Shown piece after piece: positions 36,199-59,468 of a DNA stretch of 64,000 nt (within the stretch, counting starts at the first letter, position 1; the number at the start of each line of letters is the position of its first letter). A model generated the notes under the pieces. The model was not told the origin of the DNA. It searched no databases and saw nothing but the letters and a program-made list of their open reading frames with translations. The stretch is from an uncultured Acidobacteriota bacterium (GTDB lineage: Bacteria; Acidobacteriota; Thermoanaerobaculia; Multivoradales; UBA5704). The stretch is from positions 2,112,001-2,176,000 of the forward strand of contig CAVYRF010000001.1 of the NCBI GenBank assembly GCA_963770895.1. The letters run 5' to 3'. The position numbers and the translations under genes were made by a program.

Positions 36199-39100
36199 AT
36201 GCGGAACCTCGAGGACGTGTATGCCCTGTCCCCCCTTCAGGAAGGGATCCTTTTCCACAGCCTGTACGCCCCGGAGTCGGGGGTCTATGTCGAGCAGCTG
36301 AGCTGCGCGCTCGTCGGGCCGCTCGACGCCGCCGCCTTCGCGCGCGCCTGGGAGCGGGTGATCGAGCGCCACGCGGTGCTCCGCACGGCGTTCGTGTGGA
36401 AGAGCCAGAAGCGGCCTCTGCAGGCGGTGCAGCGCGCCGTCGCGCTGCCGCTCGCGAGCGAGGATTGGAGCCATGTGGCGGCCGGCGAGCGCGAGGCGCG
36501 CTTCGCCGGCTTCCTGGCCGAGGATCGCCGGCGGGGTTTCGAGGCGGCGCGGGCGCCCCTCCTGCGCATCGTCCTGCTGCGTTTCGGCGCCGGCGAGCAT
36601 CGGCTGGTGTGGACGTTTCACCACCTGCTCCTCGACGGCTGGTCGCTGCCGCTGGTCCTTTCGGAGGTGCTCCTTTTCTACGCCGCCTTTGCCGCCGGCC
36701 GCGACCTCGCGCTCCCCGCGCCGCGCCCCTACCGCGACTACATCAAATGGGTCGAGCGGCAGGACCTCGCCGCCGCCGAGACCTTCTTCCGGCGCGCCCT
36801 CGCCGGCTTCACGGAGCCCACCGAGGTCGGCCTGCCGCGCCCCGTCGCCGTCCCCAACGACGCCAACGACGCCAACGACGCCGGCGGCACGGCGGCCGAG
36901 CGGCAGCGGCGCGACCGCGACGACTGCAAGCGAACCCTCGGCGGCGAGCGGCACGCCCGGCTGGCGGCGGCCGCGCGGCGGCATCGGCTGACCCTCAACA
37001 CGCTCCTCCAGGGCGCCTGGGCGTCCCTCCTCGGGCGCTACGCCGGCGAGCGGAGGAGCGCGGACGACGTGGTCTTCGCCACGACGGTTTCCGGGCGCGG
37101 CATCCCGCTCGCCGGGATCGAGTCGATGATCGGCCTCTTCATCAATACGCTGCCGGTGCGGGCGCCGCTAGACCCCCTGGCGGAGGTGGGGGACTGGCTC
37201 GCCGGGCTCCAGGAGAGCCAGTTGGCGCGCCAGGCCTTCGAGACGACCCCGCTGCCGCGGATCCAGGGCTGGAGCGAGCTGCCGCCGGGCACGCCGCTCG
37301 CCGCCAGCCTCTTCGTCTTCGAGAACTACCCGCAGCCGATCATGCCGCGGGACGGCACCGTGGCGCTCGGCGAGGTGCGCTTCCGCGAGCGGACGAGCTA
37401 TCCGCTGACGGCGATCGCGGCGCCGGCCGGAGAGGACCTCGAGCTCCGCCTGGCCTGGGACCCCGAGCACCACGACGCCGCGACGGCGGCGCGCCTCCTC
37501 GCCCACTGGGAGAACCTCCTCGCGGCGCTGGGAGAGGCGCTGGGGGCGGCCCCAGGATCGGCCGGCCCGCGGCTCGGCGATCTGCCCATGCTGTCGCCGG
37601 CGGAGCGCCAGCAGATGGTGGCCGAGTGGAACCCGCGACCGCCCGCCGATCTCGCCGGCCTTCCCCTCCACCAGCGTTTCGCCGCCCAGGCGGCGCGGAC
37701 GCCGGACGCGGTCGCGCTCACCGCCCCGCCGAGCGCGCCGGGCGAGCGCGAGGGCGGCGGCGAGCTCACCTACGGCGAGCTGGCGGGGCGCGCCGGGCGG
37801 CTCGCCGCGGTCCTGCGGCGGCGGGGCGTGGGCGCGGAGTCGCTGGTGGCGATCTGCCTCGAGCGCTCGCTCGATCTCGTGGTGGCCCTCCTCGCGGTGC
37901 TCGAGGCGGGCGGCGCCTACCTGCCGCTCGATCCGGCCTATCCGCCGGAGCGGCTCGGCTTCATGGTCGACGACTCGGGGGCGCGCCTGCTCGTCTCCCG
38001 CCCCGAGCTCGCCGCCCGCCTGCCGCCGCACGGCGCGCAGCTGGTGGCGGCGGACGCCGGCGAGGGCGGCGCGGAGGATGCGCCGCAGGCCGCGGCGCCG
38101 CCCGGCTCCGGCACCGGCTCCGGCGGTGGCGCCGACGCCGCGGGCGACCATCTCGCCTACGTCATCTATACCTCGGGATCCACCGGGCGCCCGAAGGGGG
38201 TCGCGGTCACCCACGGCGACGTCTCGCGCCTGCTCGCCGCCACCCGTCCGCTCTTTGGCTTCGGGCCGGACGACGTCTGGACCCTCCTCCATTCCTACGC
38301 CTTCGATTTCTCGGTCTGGGAGATCTGGGGGGCGCTCGCCCACGGCGGCCGGCTGGTGGTCGTGCCCCAGGCGGTCAGCCGCGCGCCGGAGGAGCTCCTG
38401 CGGCTCCTCGCCGCCGAGCGGGTGACGGTCTTGAACCAGACCCCAGGGGCCTTCGCCCAGCTCGCGCCCGCGGCGCTCGCGGGCGGCGACGGCCTGCCGG
38501 ATCTGCGGCTGGTGATCTTCGGCGGCGAGGCGCTCGATCCGGCGATCCTCGCCGGCTGGTTCGGCCGCTTCGGGGACAACCGGCCGCGGCTGGTCAACAT
38601 GTACGGCATCACCGAGACGACGGTGCACGCCACCTGGCGGCCGCTCGGCAGTGCCGACCTGGCGGCGGCGGCGAGCCCGATCGGGCGGCCGCTCGCCCAT
38701 CTCCAGGTGTACCTGCTGGACCGCCGCGGGCGGCTCGTTCCCCAAGGCGTCGCGGGGGAGATGCACGTCGGCGGCGCGGCGCTCGCCCGCGGCTATCTCG
38801 GCCGGCCGGAGCTCGCCGCGGCGCGCTTCCTGCCCGACGGCTTCGGCGCCGGCCGCGGCGCCCGGCTCTACAAGACCGGCGACCTGGCGCGGTGGCGGCC
38901 GGACGGCGAGCTGGAGTTCCTCGGCCGCGCCGACCGCCAGGTCAAGATCCGCGGCCATCGCGTCGAGCTGGGGGAGGTCGAGGCGGCCCTCGCCGCCTGC
39001 CCCGGCGTGCGCGCCGCGGCGGTCGTGGCGCGCGAGCGCGACGGCGTGCGGCGCCTGGTCGCCTACGTCGCCGCGCCCGCGGAGCGGACGGCGGCCGACC

Positions 39101-42100
39101 TGCGGACGCGGCTGGCGAGGACGCTCCCCGAGCCGATGCTGCCGGCCGCCATCGTGCGGCTCGAGGCGCTGCCGCTGACGCCCAACGGCAAGGTGGACCT
39201 GCGGGCGCTGGCGGCTCTCCCGGCGCTCGAGGACGCCGAGGGCGCGGCGGCGGCGCGCGCCGGCGCGGCCGAGCGCATCGCCCCGCGCGGCGCGGTCGAG
39301 GAGCTCCTCGCCGGCCTCTGGGCCGAGGTCCTGCGGCTGCCGGAAGTGGGCGTCCACGACAACTTCTTCGCTCTTGGCGGCGACTCGATCCTCTCCCTCC
39401 AGATCGTGGCGCGGGCGGGCCAGGCGGGCTGCCGCATCACCCCGCGGCAGCTCTTCGAGCACCCGACGATCGCCGGGCTCGCCGCCGCCATCGAGCAGAG
39501 CTCCCCACAGATCGCCGGGCAGCCCGGCGCTCGCGAGGAGGACGAGGGCGCCGGCGAGGTTCCCCTGACCCCCATTCAGCGCTGGTTCCTCGACCGCGAG
39601 CCCGCCGATCCCGATCATTTCAACCAGGCGCTCCTGCTCGCCGTGCGGCCGCCGCCGCCGGCCCCCCCCGCCGCCCTGCCGCGGGCGATCGCCGCCCTGG
39701 TGGCTCACCACGACGCCCTGCGCCTGCGCTTCCGGCGCGAGCAAGGCCGCTGGCGCCAGCGGCGCCTCGCCCCGCAGCCGGCAGCGCCGCCCGCGACCCC
39801 GGCGACCCCGGCGACCCCGGCGACGCCGGGGATCGGCGGGCGCCAGGAACTGGTACGCATCGATCTGTCGGGGCTGGCCGAGCAACGGGTGCCAACGGCG
39901 GTCACCGCGGCTGCCGCGGCCGCCCAGCACAGCCTCGACCTCGCGGCCGGACCCGTCCTCCGCGCCCTCTGGCTCGATCTGCCGGCGGGCGAGGCGCGCC
40001 TGTTCCTCGCCGTCCATCACCTGGCCGTCGATGGGGTCTCCTGGCGCATCCTCCTCGACGACCTGGCGACGGCCTGGCGCCAGATCGGCCGCGGCGAGCC
40101 GGTTCGCCTGGCGCCGCGGACCGCCTCGTTCCGGCGCTGGGCCGAGCGGCTCGCCGAGCAGGCGCGGACGATGGCGGCCGAGCCCGCCGCCGCCGAAATC
40201 GCCTTCTGGCTGGCGCAGACGGCGCCTCCGCCCGAGGCGCTGCTCGCGCCGCCGGCGCCGCCGGAGGCCGCCGCCCCCGACACGGTGGCGACCGCCGCCA
40301 GCGTCACCGTCGAGCTCGGCCAAGAGGACACCGCCGATCTCCTGCGGGCGCTCCCGGCGGCCCATGGCGCCTCGATCGCCGACGCCCTGGTCGCCGCGCT
40401 CGCCGCGACGCTCGCCGGCCCCGGCGGCGCCATATGCATCGACCTCGAGGGGCACGGCCGTGAGCAGGTCGGAGGAGACCGGGGCGGGGATCTCGACCTC
40501 TCGCGGAGCGTCGGCTGGTTCACCAGCCTCTACCCCGTGCGCCTGGCGCCCGGCGACGACCCGCGCCCGGAGGCGGCCCTGGCCGCCGTCCGCCGCCAGC
40601 TCGCCGCCGTGCCGGGGCGCGGCCTCGGCTACGGGCTCCTGCGCTATCTGAGCGAGCACCCGGCGGCGGCCGCCCTGCGCGACCGGCCATCCTCCCCGGT
40701 CAGCTTCAACTACCTGGGGCAGCTCGACGCGGCGCTCCCCGCCGACTCGCCGTTCGCCGCCGCCGGCGAGCCGGTGGGCCCGTCCCAGAGCCCGCGCGCC
40801 GGGCGCAGCCACGCGCTCGCCGTCGTCGCCCTGGTCGCCGCCGGGCGCCTCGAGGTGACCTGGACCTACGGCGCGCACCGCCTCGCGGAGGAGGCCGTGC
40901 GGCGGCTCGCCGAGCGCCTCCTCGCCCGCCTCCGGGAGCTCGCCGCCAGCGCCCGCTCCCGTACCCAGACGCTCGCGCCCATCCCCGCGGCGGACCTCGC
41001 CCGTCTGCCGGCGGACCTCGAGGACGTCTATCCGCTCTCGCCGCTGCAGGAGGGGCTGCTCTTTCACAGCCTGTACGCGCCGGGGTCGGGTGCGTACGTC
41101 GAGCAGCTCCACGCCACGTTCGAGGGGGACCTCGACCGCGCGGCCTTCCGTGAGGCCTGGCGGCGGATCGTCGCCGGCATGCCGGTCCTCCGCACCTCCT
41201 TCCACGGCGACGACCTGCCGCGGCCCCTCCAGGCGGTGCACCGGCAGGCCGCGGTCGAGATCGTCGAAGAGGACTGGCGCCCGCTCGCCGAGCCCGAACG
41301 GCAGCGCCGCTTCGCGGCGCTGGTGCGCGCCGACCGCCTCCGCGGCTTCGATCTGGCGCGGCCGCCGCTGCTGCGCTGGACCCTGGTGCGCACGGGCGAG
41401 CGCGCCTGGCGCTTCCTCTGGAGCCATCACCACGCCCTGCTCGACGGCTGGTCCTACGCGGCGCTCATCGGCGACTTCGCCGCCTGCTACGAGGCGCTCG
41501 CCGCCGGCCGCGAGCCGTCGCTCCGCGCGCGGCCGCCCTACCGCGACTTCATCGCCTGGCTGTCGCTGCGCGACCCGGCGGCGGACGACGACTTCTTCGG
41601 CGCCTACCTGGCCGGCTTCGGGGCGGGCTCCACGGCACCCACGCCGCTCGCCGCGGACCGCCCGGCGCCGGCCCTCGACACGGCGCCCGACCCGGCCATC
41701 GCCCTGCTGCGCCTCTCCGCGGCGGAGACCGCGGCGCTGCATGCCGCCGTCCGCGCCCGCGGGCTCACCTTGAACACCCTCGCCCAGGGCGCCTGGGCGC
41801 TCCTCCTGGGCCGCGCGAGCGGCGAGCGCGACGTCGTCTTCGGCGCCACCGTCTCGGGACGGCCGCCGGAGCTGCCGGGCGTCGAGGCGATGCTGGGGCT
41901 CTTCATCAACACTCTGCCGGCACGGGTCCGCCTGCCGGACGAGGCGCCCGTCTCGTCCTGGCTCGCCGGCCTCCAGGCCGCGCAGGCCGAGCTCCGCCAG
42001 CACGAGGCGGCGCCGCTGGTGCGCATCCAGGGGGTCAGCCCGGTGGCTCGCGGGACGGCGCTCTTCGACAGCGTGCTGGTCTTCGAGAACTACCCGCAGG

Positions 42101-45100
42101 CGGCGATCCGCGCCAGCGCGCTCGGCCGCCGGATCGCCGAGGTCGAGGTGATCGAGCAGACCCACTATCCCCTCACCCTGACCATCGTGCCGGGCGGCGA
42201 CCGGCTGCTCCTCTCCCTGGGCTACGACCGCGCCCGCTTCGACGCGACGACCGTGGAGCGCCGCCTGGGGCATCTGCAGGGTCTGCTGGCCACGCTCGCG
42301 GCGTCCCTGCAGAGCGGCACGGCCGGCGAGGGCGAGGAGCGGCTGGCGGCCATCGGCCTGCCGCTCTCCGCGGCGGAGCGGCAGCAGCTCCTGCGCGAGT
42401 GGAGCGATGCGGCGCCCGTCGCCGGCGGGGCGACCCCGGTGCACGAGCTCTTCGCGGCGCAGGCGGCGCGGCGTCCGGACGCGGTGGCGCTGGTCTGCGG
42501 CCACCAGGTGCTGACCCACGGCGAGCTGGCGCGCAGGTCGCGCCGCATGGCGCGCCGGCTGGCGGAGCTCGGGGTCGGGCCGGGCGTGCTGGTGGGGCTC
42601 TGCGCCGAGCGCTCGCCCGAGCTCATCCTGGGAGTGCTGGCGATCCTCGCGGCCGGCGGGGCCTACCTGCCGCTCGACCCCGCCCATCCCACGGAGCGCC
42701 TGGCGTACACGCTCGCCGACGCGGGGGCGCCGGTCCTCCTGGCCGCGGAGCATCTGCGCGAGCGCCTGCCGGCGGGCGCCGCGCGGGTGGTCGGCCTGCA
42801 CGCGCTCGCCGGCGGCCGGGAGGCCGCCGGCGAGGTCCCCGCCGCCGCCGCCCGCGTCGGTTCATCCTGTATGACATCGGGCGACCTCGCCTACGTCATC
42901 TACACCTCGGGATCGACCGGCCGGCCGAAGGGCGTCGAGGTCAGCCACGCCAACGTCGCGCGGCTCTTCGCCGTCCTCCGCCAGGCCTTCGCCTTCGGTG
43001 CCGACGACGTGTGGACGCTCTTTCACTCGATCGCCTTCGACTTCTCGGTGTGGGAGCTGTGGGGGGCGCTCGCCTTCGGCGGCCGGCTCGTCGTCGTGCC
43101 GAGCGAGACGGCGCGCTCGACCGAGGCGTTCTACGAGCTGCTGCGGCGGCAGCGGGTGACGGTGCTCAGCCAGACGCCCTCGGCCTTCCGGCAGCTCCTC
43201 TGGGCCGAGGAGTCGGCCCTGGCGCGCGGCGAGGCGATGGTTTCGGATCTGCGCCTGGTGGTCTTCGGCGGCGAGGCGCTGGATTCTCCGTCGCTCGCCC
43301 CGTGGCTCGAGCGCCACGGCGAGGAGCTGCCGCTGCTGGTCAACATGTACGGCATCACGGAGACGACGGTGCACACGACCTGGCGGCGGCTGCGGCACAG
43401 CGACCTGTCGCGGCCGGGCAGCGCCGTGGGCCGGCCGCTGTCCGACCTCGCGCTCCACCTGCTCGACGCCGGCGGCCGGCTGGTGCCGATCGGCGTGCCG
43501 GGGGAGATCCACGTCGGCGGCGCCGGGGTCGCCAGAGGATATCTCGCCCGCCCCGCCCTCACCGCGCAGCGCTTCGTGCCCGATCCCTTCGCCGGCGGAA
43601 CCGGGGGCGGGCGCCGGCTCTACCGCTCCGGCGACCTGGCGCGCTGGCGCGCCGACGGCGACCTCGAATACCTCGGGCGGATCGACCGCCAGGTGAAGGT
43701 GCGCGGCTACCGCATCGAGCTCGGCGAGATCGAGGCGGCGCTCGCCGAGCACCCTGGGGTGCGCGAGGCGGCGGTTCTGGCGCGCGAGGACCGCCCGGGC
43801 GACGTGCGGCTGGTCGGCTACGTGAGCTCCGCGGCCGCGCCCGGTCCAACGCCCCAGGCGCTCGCCGCCTTCCTCGCCGAGCGGCTGCCCGGCTACATGG
43901 TGCCGGCGGCCTGGGTGCTCCTCGATCGGCTGCCGCTCACCGCCAACGGCAAGGTGGACCGCGCGGCCCTCCCGGCGCCCGAGGAGCGCGCCAGCGGCGG
44001 AGCGTACCTGGGGCCGCGCAGCCCGGTCGAACAGGTGCTCGCCGGGATCTGGGAGGAGGTGCTCGCGCGACAGGGCGTGGGAGTGGAGGACGACTTCTTC
44101 GCCTTGGGCGGCCACTCGCTCGTCGCGGCACAGGTGACCTCGCGGGTGCTCAAGGCGTTCTCCGTGGACGTGCCGCTGCGCCTTCTCTTCGAGCGCCCGA
44201 CCGTGGCGGCGTTGGCCGCGGAGGTCGAGCGGCTGCGGGGGAGCGGCGCGACCGCCGGGGCACCGCCGCTCGTGCGGGCGCCCCGCGGCACCGAGGCGCC
44301 GCTGTCGTTCACCCAGGAGCGGCTCTGGCTCTTCGACCAGCTTTCGCCGGGCAACACGGTCTACAACATGCCGCTCGCGCTGACGCTCCGCGGCGCGCTG
44401 TCGGTGCCGGCGCTCGCCGCGGCGCTCGCCGCCGAGGTCGACCGCCACGAGGCTCTGCGCACTCGCTTCGTCGCGGTCGGGGGCAAACCCCTGCAGCGCA
44501 TCGACCCTCCCTGGCGGCCGCCCCTGCCGCTCGTGGACCTGGGCGGCCTGCCGCCCGGCGCGGCGGGGCGCGAGATGGCGCGCATCGCCGCGGCGGATAG
44601 GACAGTCCCGTTCGATCTCGCGCGCGGGCCCCTCCTGCGCGCGGTCCTCCTCCGCCTGGAGGAGGAGGCATTCATCCTTCTCCTGACCTTCCACCACATC
44701 GTCTCGGACGGCTGGTCGCTGCAGATCCTGGCGCGCGAGCTGACGGCGCTCTACCGGGCCGCGCAGGCCGGCGAGCCGTCGCCGCTCCCCGAGCTCCCCA
44801 TCCAGTTTCGCGACTTCGCCATCTGGCAGCGAGCGTGGCTCCAGGGCGAGGGGCTCGAGCGCCTCCTGGGCGCCGCGGTCACGCGGCTCGCCGGCGTGCC
44901 GCGCCTCGACCTGCCCATCGACCGCCAGCCGGACGAGCGACGCTACTTCCGCTCGGGCGTCCTGCATTTCGAGCTCGACGTCGCCCGCACCGCCAGCTTG
45001 AGCGACCTGTCGCGCCGCCAGGGGGCGAGCCTCTTCATGACGGTCCTCGCCGCCTACACGGGCCTCCTCCGCCGGCACACCGGCCGGGGCGACTTCGCGG

Positions 45101-45960
45101 TCGCGACCACCACCGCGGGCCGCACCCGCGCCGAGATCGAGCCGCTCGTCGGCTACTTCATCAACAACCTGATCATCCGCGCCGCGGCGGCGGGCGACCC
45201 CGGTTTCGGCGAGCTCCTCGCACGGACGCGCCTGGCGACCCTCGCCGCCTACGACCAGCAGGACCTGCCGTTCGCCTTCATCAACCAGGCGTTGCGCGCG
45301 GAGCGGCCGGGGGAGCCGCCCCTCCTCGAGGTCCTCTTCGTCTGGCAACAGCCGACGCTGGAGATCGCGATCCCCGGCGCCGAGGTCGCGCCGTTGCCGA
45401 TCGAGGTGGCCCTGAGCAACACCAACTTCGCCCTCGCGCTCGACCTGGTCGAAGCCGACGGCCGCCTGCAGGGGACCTTCTCCTACAACCAGGCGCTCCT
45501 CGACCCCGCGACGGCCCTGCGCTGGCGGGGGCATCTCGAGGCGCTCCTGGCGGGCGCGGCGGCGGCCCCGGCGCGGCCGCTCAGCGAGCTGCCGCTCCTC
45601 TCCGCGGCCGAGCGCCATCAGGTGACGGTCGAGTGGGGTGAGGCGGTGCGCCGCGACGGCGGCCCGGCGCCGATCGGGATCTGGGGCGAGCTGGCGGACG
45701 CGCCGGCCGGCGGGCGCGCCCGCCGCCGCGCCGACGGCACCCTGGAGACGGGCGCGCCGGCGCCCGCCGCCCCAGCCGAGCCGCAGGCCGCCGCCGCGTC
45801 CACGGCGGCCGCGGCGGCCGCGCCCGTGGGGCTCGGCGCGCCGGCCCGGCGCCTGGAATCGCTCTCGCTCGCCCAGCGGAAGCTCCTCGCGAAGCGCATC
45901 CGCGGCGAGGCCGGCTCCGGCGGCGCGCCGGCCGGCGGGAGCCGCCAGGGAGATTCATGA
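36199..45960 (+). CDS. NRPS: DCL-A(Thr)-T-E-DCL-A(Thr)-T-LCL plus collapsed A remnant and docking helix
   Basis: LEDVYALSPLQEG, HHLLLDG; codes DFWNIGMVHK and DFWSVGMVHK; T GGDS then E (HHLAVDGVSW, EGHGRE, RSVGWFT); T GGHS; HHIVSDG. Confidence 0.95.
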   Translation: MRNLEDVYALSPLQEGILFHSLYAPESGVYVEQLSCALVGPLDAAAFARAWERVIERHAVLRTAFVWKSQKRPLQAVQRAVALPLASEDWSHVAAGEREARFAGFLAEDRRRGFEAARAPLLRIVLLRFGAGEHRLVWTFHHLLLDGWSLPLVLSEVLLFYAAFAAGRDLALPAPRPYRDYIKWVERQDLAAAETFFRRALAGFTEPTEVGLPRPVAVPNDANDANDAGGTAAERQRRDRDDCKRTLGGERHARLAAAARRHRLTLNTLLQGAWASLLGRYAGERRSADDVVFATTVSGRGIPLAGIESMIGLFINTLPVRAPLDPLAEVGDWLAGLQESQLARQAFETTPLPRIQGWSELPPGTPLAASLFVFENYPQPIMPRDGTVALGEVRFRERTSYPLTAIAAPAGEDLELRLAWDPEHHDAATAARLLAHWENLLAALGEALGAAPGSAGPRLGDLPMLSPAERQQMVAEWNPRPPADLAGLPLHQRFAAQAARTPDAVALTAPPSAPGEREGGGELTYGELAGRAGRLAAVLRRRGVGAESLVAICLERSLDLVVALLAVLEAGGAYLPLDPAYPPERLGFMVDDSGARLLVSRPELAARLPPHGAQLVAADAGEGGAEDAPQAAAPPGSGTGSGGGADAAGDHLAYVIYTSGSTGRPKGVAVTHGDVSRLLAATRPLFGFGPDDVWTLLHSYAFDFSVWEIWGALAHGGRLVVVPQAVSRAPEELLRLLAAERVTVLNQTPGAFAQLAPAALAGGDGLPDLRLVIFGGEALDPAILAGWFGRFGDNRPRLVNMYGITETTVHATWRPLGSADLAAAASPIGRPLAHLQVYLLDRRGRLVPQGVAGEMHVGGAALARGYLGRPELAAARFLPDGFGAGRGARLYKTGDLARWRPDGELEFLGRADRQVKIRGHRVELGEVEAALAACPGVRAAAVVARERDGVRRLVAYVAAPAERTAADLRTRLARTLPEPMLPAAIVRLEALPLTPNGKVDLRALAALPALEDAEGAAAARAGAAERIAPRGAVEELLAGLWAEVLRLPEVGVHDNFFALGGDSILSLQIVARAGQAGCRITPRQLFEHPTIAGLAAAIEQSSPQIAGQPGAREEDEGAGEVPLTPIQRWFLDREPADPDHFNQALLLAVRPPPPAPPAALPRAIAALVAHHDALRLRFRREQGRWRQRRLAPQPAAPPATPATPATPATPGIGGRQELVRIDLSGLAEQRVPTAVTAAAAAAQHSLDLAAGPVLRALWLDLPAGEARLFLAVHHLAVDGVSWRILLDDLATAWRQIGRGEPVRLAPRTASFRRWAERLAEQARTMAAEPAAAEIAFWLAQTAPPPEALLAPPAPPEAAAPDTVATAASVTVELGQEDTADLLRALPAAHGASIADALVAALAATLAGPGGAICIDLEGHGREQVGGDRGGDLDLSRSVGWFTSLYPVRLAPGDDPRPEAALAAVRRQLAAVPGRGLGYGLLRYLSEHPAAAALRDRPSSPVSFNYLGQLDAALPADSPFAAAGEPVGPSQSPRAGRSHALAVVALVAAGRLEVTWTYGAHRLAEEAVRRLAERLLARLRELAASARSRTQTLAPIPAADLARLPADLEDVYPLSPLQEGLLFHSLYAPGSGAYVEQLHATFEGDLDRAAFREAWRRIVAGMPVLRTSFHGDDLPRPLQAVHRQAAVEIVEEDWRPLAEPERQRRFAALVRADRLRGFDLARPPLLRWTLVRTGERAWRFLWSHHHALLDGWSYAALIGDFAACYEALAAGREPSLRARPPYRDFIAWLSLRDPAADDDFFGAYLAGFGAGSTAPTPLAADRPAPALDTAPDPAIALLRLSAAETAALHAAVRARGLTLNTLAQGAWALLLGRASGERDVVFGATVSGRPPELPGVEAMLGLFINTLPARVRLPDEAPVSSWLAGLQAAQAELRQHEAAPLVRIQGVSPVARGTALFDSVLVFENYPQAAIRASALGRRIAEVEVIEQTHYPLTLTIVPGGDRLLLSLGYDRARFDATTVERRLGHLQGLLATLAASLQSGTAGEGEERLAAIGLPLSAAERQQLLREWSDAAPVAGGATPVHELFAAQAARRPDAVALVCGHQVLTHGELARRSRRMARRLAELGVGPGVLVGLCAERSPELILGVLAILAAGGAYLPLDPAHPTERLAYTLADAGAPVLLAAEHLRERLPAGAARVVGLHALAGGREAAGEVPAAAARVGSSCMTSGDLAYVIYTSGSTGRPKGVEVSHANVARLFAVLRQAFAFGADDVWTLFHSIAFDFSVWELWGALAFGGRLVVVPSETARSTEAFYELLRRQRVTVLSQTPSAFRQLLWAEESALARGEAMVSDLRLVVFGGEALDSPSLAPWLERHGEELPLLVNMYGITETTVHTTWRRLRHSDLSRPGSAVGRPLSDLALHLLDAGGRLVPIGVPGEIHVGGAGVARGYLARPALTAQRFVPDPFAGGTGGGRRLYRSGDLARWRADGDLEYLGRIDRQVKVRGYRIELGEIEAALAEHPGVREAAVLAREDRPGDVRLVGYVSSAAAPGPTPQALAAFLAERLPGYMVPAAWVLLDRLPLTANGKVDRAALPAPEERASGGAYLGPRSPVEQVLAGIWEEVLARQGVGVEDDFFALGGHSLVAAQVTSRVLKAFSVDVPLRLLFERPTVAALAAEVERLRGSGATAGAPPLVRAPRGTEAPLSFTQERLWLFDQLSPGNTVYNMPLALTLRGALSVPALAAALAAEVDRHEALRTRFVAVGGKPLQRIDPPWRPPLPLVDLGGLPPGAAGREMARIAAADRTVPFDLARGPLLRAVLLRLEEEAFILLLTFHHIVSDGWSLQILARELTALYRAAQAGEPSPLPELPIQFRDFAIWQRAWLQGEGLERLLGAAVTRLAGVPRLDLPIDRQPDERRYFRSGVLHFELDVARTASLSDLSRRQGASLFMTVLAAYTGLLRRHTGRGDFAVATTTAGRTRAEIEPLVGYFINNLIIRAAAAGDPGFGELLARTRLATLAAYDQQDLPFAFINQALRAERPGEPPLLEVLFVWQQPTLEIAIPGAEVAPLPIEVALSNTNFALALDLVEADGRLQGTFSYNQALLDPATALRWRGHLEALLAGAAAAPARPLSELPLLSAAERHQVTVEWGEAVRRDGGPAPIGIWGELADAPAGGRARRRADGTLETGAPAPAAPAEPQAAAASTAAAAAAPVGLGAPARRLESLSLAQRKLLAKRIRGEAGSGGAPAGGSRQGDS

Positions 45961-45961
45961 G

Positions 45962-58657
<12,696 letters not shown>

Positions 58658-58658
58658 C

Positions 58659-59468
58659 ATGACCCACGACTGCCCCATCCTCGAATTCGATGCGGAGAGG
58701 TCGGCGCTGATCGAGCCCCACCACACGATCACGCCGGTATCGATCCCGGAGCTGGCGGTGGCGTGTTTCTTCAAGGACGTCGTGGACGACATCGTGCTGC
58801 GCGACAACCTGGTGCCGCTGACCACGCAGCGGAGCGAGATGGGGCAGCACCCCATCTACGAGATCACCTATCGCAAGCGCCGCATCGCCATCTTTCATGC
58901 CGGCGCCGGGGCGCCGATGGCCGCGGGTCTGCTCGAGGGCGCGATCGCTCACGGCGCCAGGGTGATCATCGCTTGCGGCGGCGCCGGGGTGCTCGATCCG
59001 GCGATCCCGATGGGACAGATCGTCGTGCCGACCGCCGCGATCCGTGACGAGGGCACCTCGTATCACTACCTCCCGCCCAGCCGCGAGGTGGCGGCGAATC
59101 CCCGCGGCCTCGAGATCCTCCGTGAGGTGCTCGAGTGCCAGGACAGTCCGTACCTGTTCGGCAAGACCTGGACGACCGACGCCGTCTTCCGCGAGACGCG
59201 CGCGAAGATCCAGGCGAGGCGGGCCGAAGGGGCGATCGTGGTGGAGATGGAAGCCGCCGCGCTCTTCGCCATCGGCGACTTCCGCCACGTCCTCGTGGCC
59301 CAGCTTCTCTACGCGGGAGACAACGTCGGAGGCGAGAGCTGGGACCATCGAGACTGGGGCGCGCAGAAATCGATCCGGAAGTCGCTCTTCTTTCTCGCTT
59401 GCGACGCTTGCTGCAGCGCGCCGAGCGTCGCGGCCTGTCACCCCCCGGCGGTCTCACTTCCTCCGTAG
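58659..59468 (+). CDS. Nucleoside phosphorylase (PNP/UDP family 1)
   Basis: GAGAPMAA, ACGGAG, AIRDEGTSYHY, WTTDAVFRET, VEMEAAALF. Confidence 0.92.
   Translation: MTHDCPILEFDAERSALIEPHHTITPVSIPELAVACFFKDVVDDIVLRDNLVPLTTQRSEMGQHPIYEITYRKRRIAIFHAGAGAPMAAGLLEGAIAHGARVIIACGGAGVLDPAIPMGQIVVPTAAIRDEGTSYHYLPPSREVAANPRGLEILREVLECQDSPYLFGKTWTTDAVFRETRAKIQARRAEGAIVVEMEAAALFAIGDFRHVLVAQLLYAGDNVGGESWDHRDWGAQKSIRKSLFFLACDACCSAPSVAACHPPAVSLPP

Noticed and set aside
44290-45600. Dehydrating (modAA) C domain after the DFWSVGMVHK Thr module
   Set aside because: Motifs (LSFTQERLW, YNMP, PFDLARGPLLR, HHIVSDGWS) look like an ordinary LCL; a phylogeny would be needed to claim dehydrobutyrine.
45638-45961. Upstream extensions given by the ORF track (also 36061, 21477, 15465, 8015, 5271)
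   Set aside because: They overlap neighbouring genes or lack an RBS; downstream ATGs with an RBS or family-typical N-termini were preferred.
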